Shown piece after piece: positions 28,664 to 39,137 of a DNA stretch of 39,164 bases. The number at the start of each line of letters is the position of its first letter. Within the stretch, counting starts at the first letter, position 1. Below the pieces are notes generated by a model that was not told the origin of the DNA, searched no databases, and saw only the letters and a program-made list of their open reading frames with translations. The position numbers and the translations under genes were made by a program. Location: the sequence record SRR2962707_2486; one strand, 5' to 3'.

Positions 28664-28732
28664 TTGACAAGAACCGTACACACAATTACGCATAGCTGCA
28701 AGACGTACACCAAATTACGGTTAAAGTGTCAA
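28664..28732. promoter_or_regulatory. Divergent promoter region with two tandem CGTA-N8-TACG operators
   Basis: TTGACA (+, 28664-28669); CGTACACACAATTACG (28675-28690); CGTACACCAAATTACG (28704-28719); TTGACA (-, 28727-28732). Confidence 0.72.
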
Positions 28733-28749
28733 AATAGACGGAGTTCCCC

Positions 28750-29256
28750 ATGCCTGTTCCACGCCCCCTTATTGCCGCTTCATTGACCAGTCTGATTATG
28801 ACCGGCGCGATTTTCGGTTTCTTCTATGCCTGGGTCTGCTCCACGATGTGGGGGCTCGATCAAATCGACCCACGCGTGTCGCTGACGGCGATGAACGGCA
28901 TGAATGCCAGCGTGCGCAATGCCGTCTTTGCCCCCGCTTTTTTTGCGACACCATTTGCCAGTCTCTTTGCCGGGTTTATCGCCTGGAAATATCGCTTTCA
29001 CCGCAGCGCCCTGTGGTTTGCGGCTGCAGGCCTGATCTATTTGTGCGGCGGGTTGTTGCTGACCATGATGCTGAATGTGCCAATGAATGAAGCCCTGGCC
29101 CTTCGGGAGGTGCCGTCAGACATCCCTACCGCACAAGAAATCTGGCAGGCCTATTCCGGTCGGTGGCAGCGATACAACCTGATCCGGACAGTCCTGAGCG
29201 GGTTTAGCCTGCTTTGTGTTGGATGCGGGCTGTTAAGCCTGACCCGAGAAGCCTAA
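28750..29256 (+). CDS. DUF1772 / anthrone oxygenase family membrane protein
   Basis: Four hydrophobic segments; G.FYA, M..MN..V.N..F, NVPMN..L, W..YN.IRT motifs; stop overlaps the recN stop. Confidence 0.87.
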   Translation: MPVPRPLIAASLTSLIMTGAIFGFFYAWVCSTMWGLDQIDPRVSLTAMNGMNASVRNAVFAPAFFATPFASLFAGFIAWKYRFHRSALWFAAAGLIYLCGGLLLTMMLNVPMNEALALREVPSDIPTAQEIWQAYSGRWQRYNLIRTVLSGFSLLCVGCGLLSLTREA

Positions 29257-30905
29257 CCAGCTAGCAGCGCACGGGCGGCAGCGCGGGCTTCGGCCGTCAC
29301 GGTGTCGCCCGCCAGCATCCTGGCAATTTCATCTGCGCGCTCGGTCGCATTTAGAGGGACGACTGTCGAGGTTGTGACATCCTTCTCCACGCGCTTTTCA
29401 ACCCGCCAATGATGCGCGCCCAGAGCCGCCACTTGGGGGGAGTGGGTCACCACAAGGACTTGTCCGCCATCGGCCAATTCCGCCAACCGGCGCCCGACCG
29501 CATTTGCAGTCGCGCCGCCAACACCTCGGTCGATTTCATCAAATATCATCGTCCGGACTTCTTCGCGGCTTTGGCTAAGGCAGACTTTGAGCGCCAAGAG
29601 GAAGCGGCTTAACTCCCCCCCTGAAGCGATCTTGTTCAATGGACCAGCTGGCGCGCCGGGGTTTGTTGCAACCGTAAATGCGACAGAATCCTGCCCCTCC
29701 GGGCCCAAAGGCGCCTCTGCAATAACCGTGCGAAAATCGGCGCGTTCCATTTTCAAGGGCGCAAGCTCTGCTTTGACGGCAATGTCCAGCCTATGTGCCG
29801 CCTTTTGCCGGGCAGTGGTCAATGCGTCGGCAGCTTTCTCGTATTCGGCCGCCGCTGTGGTCAGGTTTTGCTGAAGCGCGATGATATCACTGTCCCCGGC
29901 ATCCAGCGCCGCCAGTTTTCCGCGCAACACCTCTGCATGAGCGGCCAACTCATCTGGCGCAACCTGATGTTTTCGCGCCAACCCACGGATGGAAAACAAT
30001 CGTTCTTCGGTGTCTTCCAACTCAGACGGATCAAAGTGCAAATTGTCCAGACAGATTTCGACTCCGGAAACCGCGTCAGACAGTTCAAGCATGGCCCGTT
30101 CCAAGGCGGCAATCGGCTTGTCCAGCTGGCCTTCTGCCTTGTCCAACACACCATCAAGCCAGCGCATACCGTCACTCATTGCCCCTTCGGCTCCGTTCAA
30201 GCCCAGAGACTGATAGGCCCGCGTGATATCATCCCGGATCCTCTCAGCCCCCTGCATCAAGCGGCGCTTCGTATCCAAAGCCCCCTCTTCACCGGGCTCC
30301 GGTCTCAACTTATCCAGTTCGCTTACGGCATGTCGCAAGAAGTCTTCTTCTTCGCGCACGCTTTCAAGCGCGGCTTCGGCAGCCTTTAAGGTTTTTCGCG
30401 CCTTGGCAAGATTTGTCCAAGCTTTGCGAGCCGTTGCGATCTTGGGCCCGAGTGCACCGTATTGATCCAGAATATCCCGGTGGCCCTTTGGGTTCAGCAA
30501 GCCGCGGTCATCATGTTGACCGTGCAGTTCAAGCAAAGTTTCGGAGAGGGATCGCAAGGCTTCACCAGAACAACGGCGATCATTCACCCAAGCCGTTTTA
30601 CGACCATCGCGGGCATTGACGCGTCGCAAGATCAACTCGTCGCCGCCGGGTAAACCGGCCTCTTCCAAGACAGCATGTGCCGCATGAGATTTTGGCAAAT
30701 CAAAAACTGCAGTGACTTCACCCTGTGACGCCCCAGCCCGCACAAGTTCTGCTCGACCGCGCCAGCCCAATACAAAGCCCAAGGAGTCCAACAGTATAGA
30801 TTTCCCTGCCCCAGTTTCACCGGTCAACACGTTCAAACCGGGCTGGAAGGTTAAGTCCAGCCGGTCGATTATCAACATGTCACGGATTTCCAAAGCACGC
30901 AGCAT
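29253..30905 (-). CDS. recN: DNA repair protein RecN
   Basis: LTGETGAGKSI Walker A, HGQHD, ASGGELSR, IFDEIDRGVGG, VTHSPQVAA. Confidence 0.98.
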   Translation of the reverse strand: MLRALEIRDMLIIDRLDLTFQPGLNVLTGETGAGKSILLDSLGFVLGWRGRAELVRAGASQGEVTAVFDLPKSHAAHAVLEEAGLPGGDELILRRVNARDGRKTAWVNDRRCSGEALRSLSETLLELHGQHDDRGLLNPKGHRDILDQYGALGPKIATARKAWTNLAKARKTLKAAEAALESVREEEDFLRHAVSELDKLRPEPGEEGALDTKRRLMQGAERIRDDITRAYQSLGLNGAEGAMSDGMRWLDGVLDKAEGQLDKPIAALERAMLELSDAVSGVEICLDNLHFDPSELEDTEERLFSIRGLARKHQVAPDELAAHAEVLRGKLAALDAGDSDIIALQQNLTTAAAEYEKAADALTTARQKAAHRLDIAVKAELAPLKMERADFRTVIAEAPLGPEGQDSVAFTVATNPGAPAGPLNKIASGGELSRFLLALKVCLSQSREEVRTMIFDEIDRGVGGATANAVGRRLAELADGGQVLVVTHSPQVAALGAHHWRVEKRVEKDVTTSTVVPLNATERADEIARMLAGDTVTAEARAAARALLAG

Positions 30906-30944
30906 CGGATCACTCTATCGGGCGAGTTTTACCCCGCCGCCCCT

Positions 30945-31802
30945 TTATAGCCACTTGCCTTTAATCATCTGACGATAGATTTGGCGCAGCCAACCATCAC
31001 CGGCGGCCTCAAGCTCCAGACCGCGACCGGTTAATAGCTTGTAGCTGTCGTCATACCACTCAGACCCTTGATAGTTATATCCCAGGATCGCACCAGCCGT
31101 TTGCGCTTCTTCTGTGAGACCCAACGACAAATACGCCTCAACAAGACGATGGAGCGCTTCTGCAGTATGAGTTGTTGTTTGGAAATTCTCGACCACGACC
31201 CGGAACCGGTTGATCGCAGCGCCAAAATGTTCCCGACGCAAATAATAGCGCCCGATTTCCATCTCTTTCCCAGCCAAGTGATCAAAAGCCAGATCAAATT
31301 TAAGAATCGCCGCCCGGGCGTATTCGCTATCTGGATAGCGTTCGATCACAACCCGCAACGCCTGAAGCGCCTGAAAAGTCAGACCCTGATCCCGGCCAAC
31401 TTCTTCAATCTGGTCGTAATAGCTGAGTGCCAGCAGGTATTGGGCATAAGCCGCATCGTCGTCCGCTGGATAAAAATCGATAAACCGTTGCGCCGATCCA
31501 CGGCTGTTTTCATAATCGCGGTCTTGATGATAAGCGAACGCCTGCATGATCAACGCGCGCTGGGCCCAGTCGGAATAGGGGTAAAGACGCTCAATTTCCG
31601 AAAAGAAGAAGGCTGCGCGCTCCGGTTTTCCGCGTTCCAGCTCATATTCTCCGCGACCGAAGATTTGCTCTGCGTTGAAATTCTCAATAGGAACTCCACC
31701 GGGGCCAAAGCCCTCTCTTTCTGTAGAGCCACCGCATCCAGACAAAACGGCTGCTACCAAAAGAGCCCCGATCACTTTTTTGTGCGACCTGACGCCTGCC
31801 AT
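30945..31802 (-). CDS. bamD: Outer membrane protein assembly factor BamD (lipoprotein)
   Basis: Lipobox LSGC; TPR-like repeats, YPYS, RDQ, EMEIGRYY, AAINRF; sits between lpxC and recN. Confidence 0.95.
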   Translation of the reverse strand: MAGVRSHKKVIGALLVAAVLSGCGGSTEREGFGPGGVPIENFNAEQIFGRGEYELERGKPERAAFFFSEIERLYPYSDWAQRALIMQAFAYHQDRDYENSRGSAQRFIDFYPADDDAAYAQYLLALSYYDQIEEVGRDQGLTFQALQALRVVIERYPDSEYARAAILKFDLAFDHLAGKEMEIGRYYLRREHFGAAINRFRVVVENFQTTTHTAEALHRLVEAYLSLGLTEEAQTAGAILGYNYQGSEWYDDSYKLLTGRGLELEAAGDGWLRQIYRQMIKGKWL

Positions 31803-31927
31803 ACGTGCTCACCCTTATTCGTCCGAGCGGGGAAACACCCTCCCCACACATTGACAGAAGTCCTAACACAGAAAATTCCGGGGCAAAATGCTTTAACGCG
31901 TTTTCCGCTGGAACACCGCGTCAAACG

Positions 31928-32851
31928 TTACGCAACGCGCGGGATCTCGTGCCGATGCACGCCTGCTCCCGGCAACAATGCCGATGTTGGTTGATCGCAA
32001 ATCTTTAGACGATACGCCCCTGGGGTCGCGAACAGCTGCCGAAGCAAGCTGTTGGTGATACCGTGCCCGGCACGGAATCCTTCGTAATGTCCGAGAATAG
32101 GCGCGCCAGCCAAGGCCAAATCGCCCAAGGCATCCAGCATTTTATGGCGAACAGGTTCATCCGAGCGGCGAAGCCCACCTGGGCTCACCACTTCAGCGCC
32201 GTCAAAAACAACTGCGTTTTTCCCAGGTTCGCCACCAAGTGCCAAACCATTTGCCTTCATCAAATCCACATCCGCCTGACGGCAGAAGGTCCGGCTGTCG
32301 CACAGTTCTCGGACAAAGGCGCCGTTGGCCATGTTCAAAGTTTTCTGCTGGATTCCAATCGCCGCATCTTCAAAATCAATTTTGAAGGTCATCTGCAATC
32401 CTTCGGCCGGCGTCAAACGCGCCCAAGCAGAATCAGTTGCAAATTCTACGGGCTTCAAAATTTCCAGAACTGCGACTTCCGTATTCAGCTGTTGCAAACC
32501 ACCTTTCAGGATGGCTTTGACAAAGACAAAAGCACTGCCATCAAGAATGGGGACTTCTGGGCCTTCGATTTCAATAAGCGCGTTATGCACACCGCAGCCC
32601 GCAAGGGCCGCCATGACATGTTCAACGGTCGAAACGGAAACACCTGCTTGATTAACCAGACGCGTACACAGCGGCGCTTGTTCGACGACGTCCCAGCGTG
32701 CAGGAACCAAGGTATCGCCCAAAAGAATATCCGTGCGCTTGAACCAAACACCATGGTTTGCCCCGGCAGGACGGATCGTCATGCGCGCTGGCTTGCCGTG
32801 ATGAAGTCCAATGCCTTCGAATGATATCGGCGATCTGATGGTCGTTTGCAC
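31928..32851 (-). CDS. lpxC: UDP-3-O-acyl-N-acetylglucosamine deacetylase
   Basis: GTG start; GIGLH, TVEHVMAAL, EVPILDGSA, SRTF, RHKMLDALGDL, GH. Confidence 0.98.
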   Translation of the reverse strand: MQTTIRSPISFEGIGLHHGKPARMTIRPAGANHGVWFKRTDILLGDTLVPARWDVVEQAPLCTRLVNQAGVSVSTVEHVMAALAGCGVHNALIEIEGPEVPILDGSAFVFVKAILKGGLQQLNTEVAVLEILKPVEFATDSAWARLTPAEGLQMTFKIDFEDAAIGIQQKTLNMANGAFVRELCDSRTFCRQADVDLMKANGLALGGEPGKNAVVFDGAEVVSPGGLRRSDEPVRHKMLDALGDLALAGAPILGHYEGFRAGHGITNSLLRQLFATPGAYRLKICDQPTSALLPGAGVHRHEIPRVA

Positions 32852-33031
32852 GTTTAGTATCCTTTATCAGAACTACCTAAAGCCCAGTCGGTAATCTGTA
32901 TACGTACTTAACGGCTGTGAACCAGAAGGCTCAAATCACTCTTTGTAACTGCGTGAAACATGGCCACGAAGGAAGTAAGCGAACATCCGCCGAATCAACA
33001 CCCCAAGAGATTAAGCCCTTAGTATAAATAG

Positions 33032-33060
33032 AAAAAAGCCCTCTCGTGAGAGAGGGCTTT
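33032..33060 (-). terminator. Rho-independent terminator after ftsZ
   Basis: On the minus strand AAAGCCCTCTC-TCAC-GAGAGGGC-TTTTTT, 20 nt after the ftsZ stop. Confidence 0.88.
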
Positions 33061-33080
33061 GCAAAGTCGATTAGGGTGGA

Positions 33081-34706
33081 TCAGTTGGCCTGACGGCGCA
33101 AAAACGCTGGAATTTCGATGCGTTCCTGATCCGGGTCCACCTGCTTTTCGGCGCGTGGCATTGGTGCAGGCTGATGTGCCTGAACCTGAGGCTGTGCGCG
33201 CTGAACCGGTGTTTCATGAGCGTGACCGGTCATGCGATTGATCAAAGAGTTAATCCCAAAGCGCGGACGATCCGTGTCGGATGGGTCTTCTTCGCTCACC
33301 TGAGGCTGGCGAGTCCGCGCTGCAGCGGCCTGCAAACGAGCAATCGCTTCTGCCGATGGTGTCCCGGGTGCCGGAGCTTTGGGAGCCACAAACGCATCTG
33401 GCATTGCTTCGATAGATGCGTCAGCTGACGCGTCATGAGCCTGAGCAGGCTGATATGCCGGAGGGGGTACATCGCCTTCGTCTTGGGACCCGGCATAAGA
33501 CCGTTCAGTCGGTTGCTGGCTGGCAAAGAAGGAAGACGATGGCTGTTCTTCTGAGAACGAAGCGACTTCACGGGCTGTTTCTTCCAGCTCTTCAAAAAGC
33601 GAGGGCTCTTCCGCGACCTGAGCAGCGACCGGCTCTTCAATAACCGGCTCAGCTTGTGCGGCAGGTTTTTCAATCGGCGCAGCTGGCTTCAAAGGCTCAG
33701 CCAAAGATCGCCGCGGAACTGGAACTTCCATCGTCATGTCGCTTGCGTCGATACCTGTCGCTACAACACTGACTCGCATTTTGCCTTCCATGTCCGAATC
33801 CATTGTCGAGCCAACAATGATATTGGCTTCGGCGTCGACTTCTTCACGAATGCGGTTTGCCGCTTCGTCCAGTTCGAACAATGTCAGGTCATGACCACCA
33901 GTAATGTTAATAAGAACACCCTTGGCGCCGCGAAGACTGATTTCGTCCAGCAATGGGTTGGCAATGGCTTTTTCAGCAGCCTGAATGGCACGATCGTCGC
34001 CTTCAGCTTCGCCGGTGCCCATCATGGCCTTGCCCATTTCATCCATAACGGCTCGCACGTCAGCAAAATCAAGGTTGATCAAACCAGGGCGAACCATCAG
34101 ATCCGTGACACCCTTCACACCTTGATACAAAACGTCATCGGCCAACGAGAACGCCTCGGTAAAGGTCGTTTTCTCATTCGCGAGACGGAACAGGTTTTGG
34201 TTCGGAATAATGATGAGCGTATCAACGACCTTTTGCAGGGCTTCAACACCCGCCTCGGCCTGCTTCATCCGCTTCCCACCTTCGAACTGGAAAGGCTTTG
34301 TCACAACACCAACAGTAAGAACGCCCAATTCGCGCGCTGCCTGAGCGATGATCGGTGCAGCACCTGTACCGGTACCGCCGCCCATACCCGCAGTGATAAA
34401 GCACATGTGTGCACCCGCAAGATGGTCAACAATCTGCTCAATGCTTTCTTCGGCAGCCGCGGCTCCTACAGAAGCACGTGCACCTGCGCCCAGCCCTTCG
34501 GTGACTTTGACACCAAGTTGGACCTTTGACCCCGACATCGACTGCTGCAATGCCTGAGCGTCGGTATTCGCCACAACGAATTCGACACCGTCGAGCTCTT
34601 TTTCAATCATGTTGTTGACAGCGTTTCCGCCTGCCCCACCAACACCAAATACCGTAATCCGAGGTTTCAGTTCTTCCTGCCCGGGCACTGAAAGGTTCAA
34701 TGTCAT
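33081..34706 (-). CDS. ftsZ: Cell division protein FtsZ (long alphaproteobacterial linker)
   Basis: [19 protein letters not shown] tubulin signature, INLDFADV, C-terminal [12 protein letters not shown]. Confidence 0.99.
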   Translation of the reverse strand: MTLNLSVPGQEELKPRITVFGVGGAGGNAVNNMIEKELDGVEFVVANTDAQALQQSMSGSKVQLGVKVTEGLGAGARASVGAAAAEESIEQIVDHLAGAHMCFITAGMGGGTGTGAAPIIAQAARELGVLTVGVVTKPFQFEGGKRMKQAEAGVEALQKVVDTLIIIPNQNLFRLANEKTTFTEAFSLADDVLYQGVKGVTDLMVRPGLINLDFADVRAVMDEMGKAMMGTGEAEGDDRAIQAAEKAIANPLLDEISLRGAKGVLINITGGHDLTLFELDEAANRIREEVDAEANIIVGSTMDSDMEGKMRVSVVATGIDASDMTMEVPVPRRSLAEPLKPAAPIEKPAAQAEPVIEEPVAAQVAEEPSLFEELEETAREVASFSEEQPSSSFFASQQPTERSYAGSQDEGDVPPPAYQPAQAHDASADASIEAMPDAFVAPKAPAPGTPSAEAIARLQAAAARTRQPQVSEEDPSDTDRPRFGINSLINRMTGHAHETPVQRAQPQVQAHQPAPMPRAEKQVDPDQERIEIPAFLRRQAN

Positions 34707-34879
34707 TGCTCTGTCCGCCTGCTGTTGTGGCCCATTCCAGGCCTTCTATGCGCCTATTTCCGCCAAGTATTACCTATTGGTGTCAATGTCGTCACGTAAA
34801 AAACTCAATTTCGACACCAAATGTGGCACTATTTTAACCGGCGCACGCGGTATTTCGCCGATTTTCCAAGATATTGCGG

Positions 34880-36214
34880 TCACCAGTTGTCACGGAACCA
34901 TTTTACGGCTCGTTTGATGGACCGCGCTGGATACTTATCTACGGGAATTTCAAAGTCCCACCACTCATCTTGGGGATGAGCAGCGAACAGGCAACAACCC
35001 ACCGCAGAGGCGAATCCAGCGCTTGTCGCAGCTTGCGGCAAACCATGGACTCTCATGGGCCGGCCCAGACGCACTTGCTGGCCCAATATCTTACTGGCGA
35101 CACCATCCAGACCTAAAATCTGACTGCTGCCCCCTGTGAGCACAACCTGCTGACTTGGCAAGTGTTCAAAACCTGCTGCATCCAGCCGTGCCCGTACTTC
35201 TTCTAATATTTCTTCGACGCGAGGCCGCATAATGCCAATCACTTCGGCACGGCTCACCTCGCGACGGTCATGTTCCCAATCGCCGGTATCGCCGCCAATT
35301 TCGATCATCTCGCTGTCGTCTCGCCCGGTGGCAACCAACCCACCATAGAAAGATTTAATCCGTTCGGCCGTGGCCATGGGCACCTGAAGCCCCATCGAAA
35401 TGTCGGCTGTGATGTGATCGCCGCCCATGCGAACCGTATCCGCATAAATCATATGTTTTTTCAGGAAGACAGAAACGCTTGTCGAGCCGCCCCCCATATC
35501 AATACAGGCCGCTCCCAATTCCTGTTCGTCTTCCACCAAAGTGGAAACGCCGGAAACATAGGCAGAGTTGGCAATCCCGGCCAATTCAAGGTCACAACGC
35601 TTGACGCAATGCGCCAGATTCTGAACCGCTTTGGCATCGACGGTCAGCATATGCATATCTGTCGCCAGAGTGTGTCCAACCTGCCCGCGCGGATCGCTTA
35701 ATCCGCTGCGGTGGTCCAAGGCAAAGTTCACCGGCTGTGCGTGTAGAACCTCGCGGCCTTCTCCGAAATCAGGCACATCACAGGCGCTAAGCACCCGCGC
35801 GATATCCTGTTCACTGACCGACGTTTCGATCACCTCAACAGACCCCGCAAGGCCATAGCTGCGCGGGTCTGCGCCGGAAAAACAAGCGATGACATGATCC
35901 ACACGGATTTGCGCCATCTTTTGCGCCGCCTGAATCGCGGTCCGAATGGCCCGCTCAGTTTCGCCCATTGCATTGATCTCGCCGAAGCGCACGCCGCGCG
36001 ACCGCGTGGTCGCGGCCCCGATCACACGAAAGCCCGACTGCCCGGCCAAAGAGCCGACACCCTGCATGTCATCCGGACGTTCCGCCCCGTCAAATCGCAA
36101 TACGAGACACGCGATTTTAGAACTCCCAACGTCCAAAATCGCAACCACACCGCGCTGCATCGCTGCTTTGCGCATATTACGCATTGCGCGCTGAGATTCG
36201 TAGAGCTCGATCAT
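34880..36214 (-). CDS. ftsA: Cell division protein FtsA
   Basis: LDVGSSKI, DMGGGST, GGDHITADI, VLTGGSS, C-terminal amphipathic KRAVKWFRDNW. Confidence 0.98.
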   Translation of the reverse strand: MIELYESQRAMRNMRKAAMQRGVVAILDVGSSKIACLVLRFDGAERPDDMQGVGSLAGQSGFRVIGAATTRSRGVRFGEINAMGETERAIRTAIQAAQKMAQIRVDHVIACFSGADPRSYGLAGSVEVIETSVSEQDIARVLSACDVPDFGEGREVLHAQPVNFALDHRSGLSDPRGQVGHTLATDMHMLTVDAKAVQNLAHCVKRCDLELAGIANSAYVSGVSTLVEDEQELGAACIDMGGGSTSVSVFLKKHMIYADTVRMGGDHITADISMGLQVPMATAERIKSFYGGLVATGRDDSEMIEIGGDTGDWEHDRREVSRAEVIGIMRPRVEEILEEVRARLDAAGFEHLPSQQVVLTGGSSQILGLDGVASKILGQQVRLGRPMRVHGLPQAATSAGFASAVGCCLFAAHPQDEWWDFEIPVDKYPARSIKRAVKWFRDNW

Positions 36215-36220
36215 TTCTTA

Positions 36221-37090
36221 TTATTCTCCAATCTCAATAGCTCTAATCCGCCACAGTTCTTTCACCGCATTGTCTGTAATGCGCAAAGTCGGGCGGTCTG
36301 GCAGACGCATGTCCACCGCAACCATGTCCCGCGCCAGCATCTCGATCGCCTGATCCATTACGATCACACGCTCTAAGGCCCGCACGGGGTTATTTTCAGG
36401 AAGCATTATACGTTGGCCACGGTCCAAAACCACATCCCAGCGCCGCTCTCCAATACGCTCTAAACCGCGAAACCGCTGCATGATCGGACCAGCCGCGGTG
36501 ACGAGACCCATCGCTTCGGACACAGCGAGATCCGCCTTCTCGCCCGCCATGACAGGCAGGTGAAGCCATTCTGCGCGGCTTTTGATCGGGCCAACGAGAA
36601 CGCCATCCGCATCAATAAGTTCAAGACCTTCGCGACCGCGCCACACGATAACAGGGGTCCGCTCAACAACATCAAGCTGAAGGACGCCGCCCGTGCGTAC
36701 GTGCAGACGGGCGCTCTCAACCGCATCAAGTTCAACGACAGTTTCCCGCATTTGATCCAAATCTAGGTCGAACGAGGACATCGGAAAATCAAGCGGCAGA
36801 ATTTCGCGGATATCCTCTCCTACGCCTTCGGACGCACCATCGATCGCCATCAGCTTGACCATGAATTCCGGGCGTTGCGCGATGGCTGCCCGCATATCTC
36901 CGACGAGGCCATTAAATGCATCCCGGTTGTCCTGATCCGAAAACCACAAAGTCGCGCCGCCGAAGGTCAGCGCAAAGGGCAAAGCGACCCGCAGCGTGAG
37001 CCGGATAAGGGGCGTCAACATCAGGCGTTCCATCCGGTACGCCCACCTCGACGGAGAGGGATCGTGCCGAGACAGGTTTACCTGTTGCAT
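36221..37090 (-). CDS. ftsQ: Cell division protein FtsQ
   Basis: Start moved to ATG 37090 (GGAGG upstream, overlapping the ddl end); single TM, POTRA region, ERTP, RRWDV, DMRLPDR. Confidence 0.93.
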   Translation of the reverse strand: MQQVNLSRHDPSPSRWAYRMERLMLTPLIRLTLRVALPFALTFGGATLWFSDQDNRDAFNGLVGDMRAAIAQRPEFMVKLMAIDGASEGVGEDIREILPLDFPMSSFDLDLDQMRETVVELDAVESARLHVRTGGVLQLDVVERTPVIVWRGREGLELIDADGVLVGPIKSRAEWLHLPVMAGEKADLAVSEAMGLVTAAGPIMQRFRGLERIGERRWDVVLDRGQRIMLPENNPVRALERVIVMDQAIEMLARDMVAVDMRLPDRPTLRITDNAVKELWRIRAIEIGE

Positions 37091-37998
37091 GAGGCGTCCT
37101 CCACCATCCAGCGGCACAAAGCACCAAAGGAATAGCCCGCAACTTGCGCCTGCTCCGGCGACAAGGACGTCGGTGTCATCCCCGGTTGCGTGTTGGTTTC
37201 CAAAAGCACCAAGCCTTTCAGACCGCGTGTTTGATCCCAACGGAAATCAGTCCGGCTAACCCCCCGGCACCCCAAGACATTATGGGCGCGCAAAGCGTAG
37301 GCCTGACAGGCCGCCGTTATCTCATCCGGGATTTCAGCAGGCACAACATGGCGGGATCCGCCGGTCTTATATTTGGCATCATAGTCATACCAACCATCGG
37401 TCAGGATATCCGTAACGGGCAAGGCAAGGTCGCCCATGACCGTGGTGGTCAACTCACGACCAGGAATAAACGCTTCCACCATAACCGTCTCGGGCATGTC
37501 ATCCGACAATGCGGGCGGCGCATTTGCCGCTTCATGCACGAGGTAAACCCCGACAGAAGAGCCTTCATTGTAGGGTTTCACAACATAAGGGGGCGGCATG
37601 ACGTGACGAGACCGAACGTCATCGCGGTCGGCCAAAAGGCTTTCGGCTACAGGTAACCCGGCTTTGCGGAACATTTCTTTCGAACGTTCTTTGTCCATCG
37701 CCAAAGCTGAGGCTAGAACGCCGGAATGCGTGTAAGGAAGACCAAGCCATTCAAGCATCCCTTGAACGCAGCCATCCTCGCCCCATCTGCCATGCAAGGC
37801 ATTGAACACGACATCTGGCGCAACAGCGTCAAGACGCGCAGCAAGGTCGCGACCTGCATCGATCTCGACCACCTCAAAGCCTTCTTCCCGCAAAGCGGCA
37901 GCGCATTCACGTCCTGAACTAAGAGACACCTCGCGTTCAGACGAAGGACCTCCCAATAGCACTACCACTTTCGGGGTTGTCCTGCTCGACTCACCCAA
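37078..37998 (-). CDS. ddl: D-alanine--D-alanine ligase
   Basis: GGPSSEREVSLSSG, ALHGRWGEDG, KP..EGSSVG, YDYDAKY, ETNTQPGMT; start probably TTG 37998 after GAGG (uncertain). Confidence 0.96.
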   Translation of the reverse strand: MGESSRTTPKVVVLLGGPSSEREVSLSSGRECAAALREEGFEVVEIDAGRDLAARLDAVAPDVVFNALHGRWGEDGCVQGMLEWLGLPYTHSGVLASALAMDKERSKEMFRKAGLPVAESLLADRDDVRSRHVMPPPYVVKPYNEGSSVGVYLVHEAANAPPALSDDMPETVMVEAFIPGRELTTTVMGDLALPVTDILTDGWYDYDAKYKTGGSRHVVPAEIPDEITAACQAYALRAHNVLGCRGVSRTDFRWDQTRGLKGLVLLETNTQPGMTPTSLSPEQAQVAGYSFGALCRWMVEDASCNR

Positions 37999-38074
37999 AA
38001 CTGCCTCATTTCCGGACTTTTGTGCCCGTTTTTCTTTTTGGCAACCTGCCCGGCCACCGAGTGTTTTTACACTC

Positions 38075-39001
38075 TTATTTCGGCGCAGGTTCACCTACGC
38101 GCATAATTTCCCAGTGTAACTCTATTCCACTGTGTTGGAAAACCTTTTTTCGTACTTCTTCGCCCAAACCTTCCAGATCTTCTGCGGTTGCTGAACCAGT
38201 GTTCACTAGAAAGTTCGAATGCATCGGACTCATTTGCGCCCCACCCCGGCTGGCCCCGCGCATGCCCGCCTCATCAATGACCTTCCAAGCCTTCAAATCA
38301 TGCACATCATCGGCTTCGCCCGTCGAACTGAACCCGGCCGGATTGCGAAATGTACTGCCTGCCGTGCGATCCTTCGTGGGCTGTGTTTCATCGCGTTTTT
38401 GCAGCTGGGCCACCATTTTAGCATGTAAATCCTCAGGCACAGCACGCGGCCCTTCAAAAACAGCTTCAACCAAAACCCAGCCTTCTGGTAGATCGCTTTG
38501 GCGATATTGAAACCCCAGATCCTGATTGCGAAGGGTCACCAAAGCCCCATTCCGTGTCACCGCTGTCGCTTCAACCAGCACATCCGCGGTATATCTGCCA
38601 TAACAGCCCGCGTTCATGCGCACCGCTCCGCCAATACTCCCCGGAATTGTCCGCAAAAACGTCAGATCAACGCCTGCATCCGCCGCCTTTCGGGCCACAT
38701 GCGCATCCAGAGCCGCCGCCCCAACCCGAACCCGGTTTCCCTCAATCGCGATCTGATTAAAGCCGCGCCCCATTCGGATGACCACGGCTCGTAAACCGCC
38801 ATCCCGGACGATCAGGTTGCTACCAACCCCCATCGGGAACACCAAGATCTGCGAAGGCAAACCGCGCAGAAAATCCTGTATATCGGCAACATCGGCTGGT
38901 TGAAACAGAAAATCTGCTGGCCCACCAACGCGCAACCACGTCAGGTCACTCAGCGCTTTATCCGCCGACAACTTGCCACGCACTACCGGGAACTCAACCA
39001 T
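38075..39001 (-). CDS. murB: UDP-N-acetylenolpyruvoylglucosamine reductase
   Basis: [40 protein letters not shown]. Confidence 0.98.
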   Translation of the reverse strand: MVEFPVVRGKLSADKALSDLTWLRVGGPADFLFQPADVADIQDFLRGLPSQILVFPMGVGSNLIVRDGGLRAVVIRMGRGFNQIAIEGNRVRVGAAALDAHVARKAADAGVDLTFLRTIPGSIGGAVRMNAGCYGRYTADVLVEATAVTRNGALVTLRNQDLGFQYRQSDLPEGWVLVEAVFEGPRAVPEDLHAKMVAQLQKRDETQPTKDRTAGSTFRNPAGFSSTGEADDVHDLKAWKVIDEAGMRGASRGGAQMSPMHSNFLVNTGSATAEDLEGLGEEVRKKVFQHSGIELHWEIMRVGEPAPK

Positions 39002-39137
39002 ATCTTGCCTCAGAAATTAGGAACCTCCCCCTACCCCGACAAGGTCGATTTGAAAAGCCTAAGACATCAGAACCTGGGGACCAAGTTCGTCGCGGTCCCC
39101 CTCAAGCGCGCCAAATTAAACACCCTCAAACGCGCCC

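Noticed and set aside
33081-33720. Long low-complexity Pro/Ala/Glu/Gln region in FtsZ
   Set aside because: An extended C-terminal linker is normal for alphaproteobacterial FtsZ.
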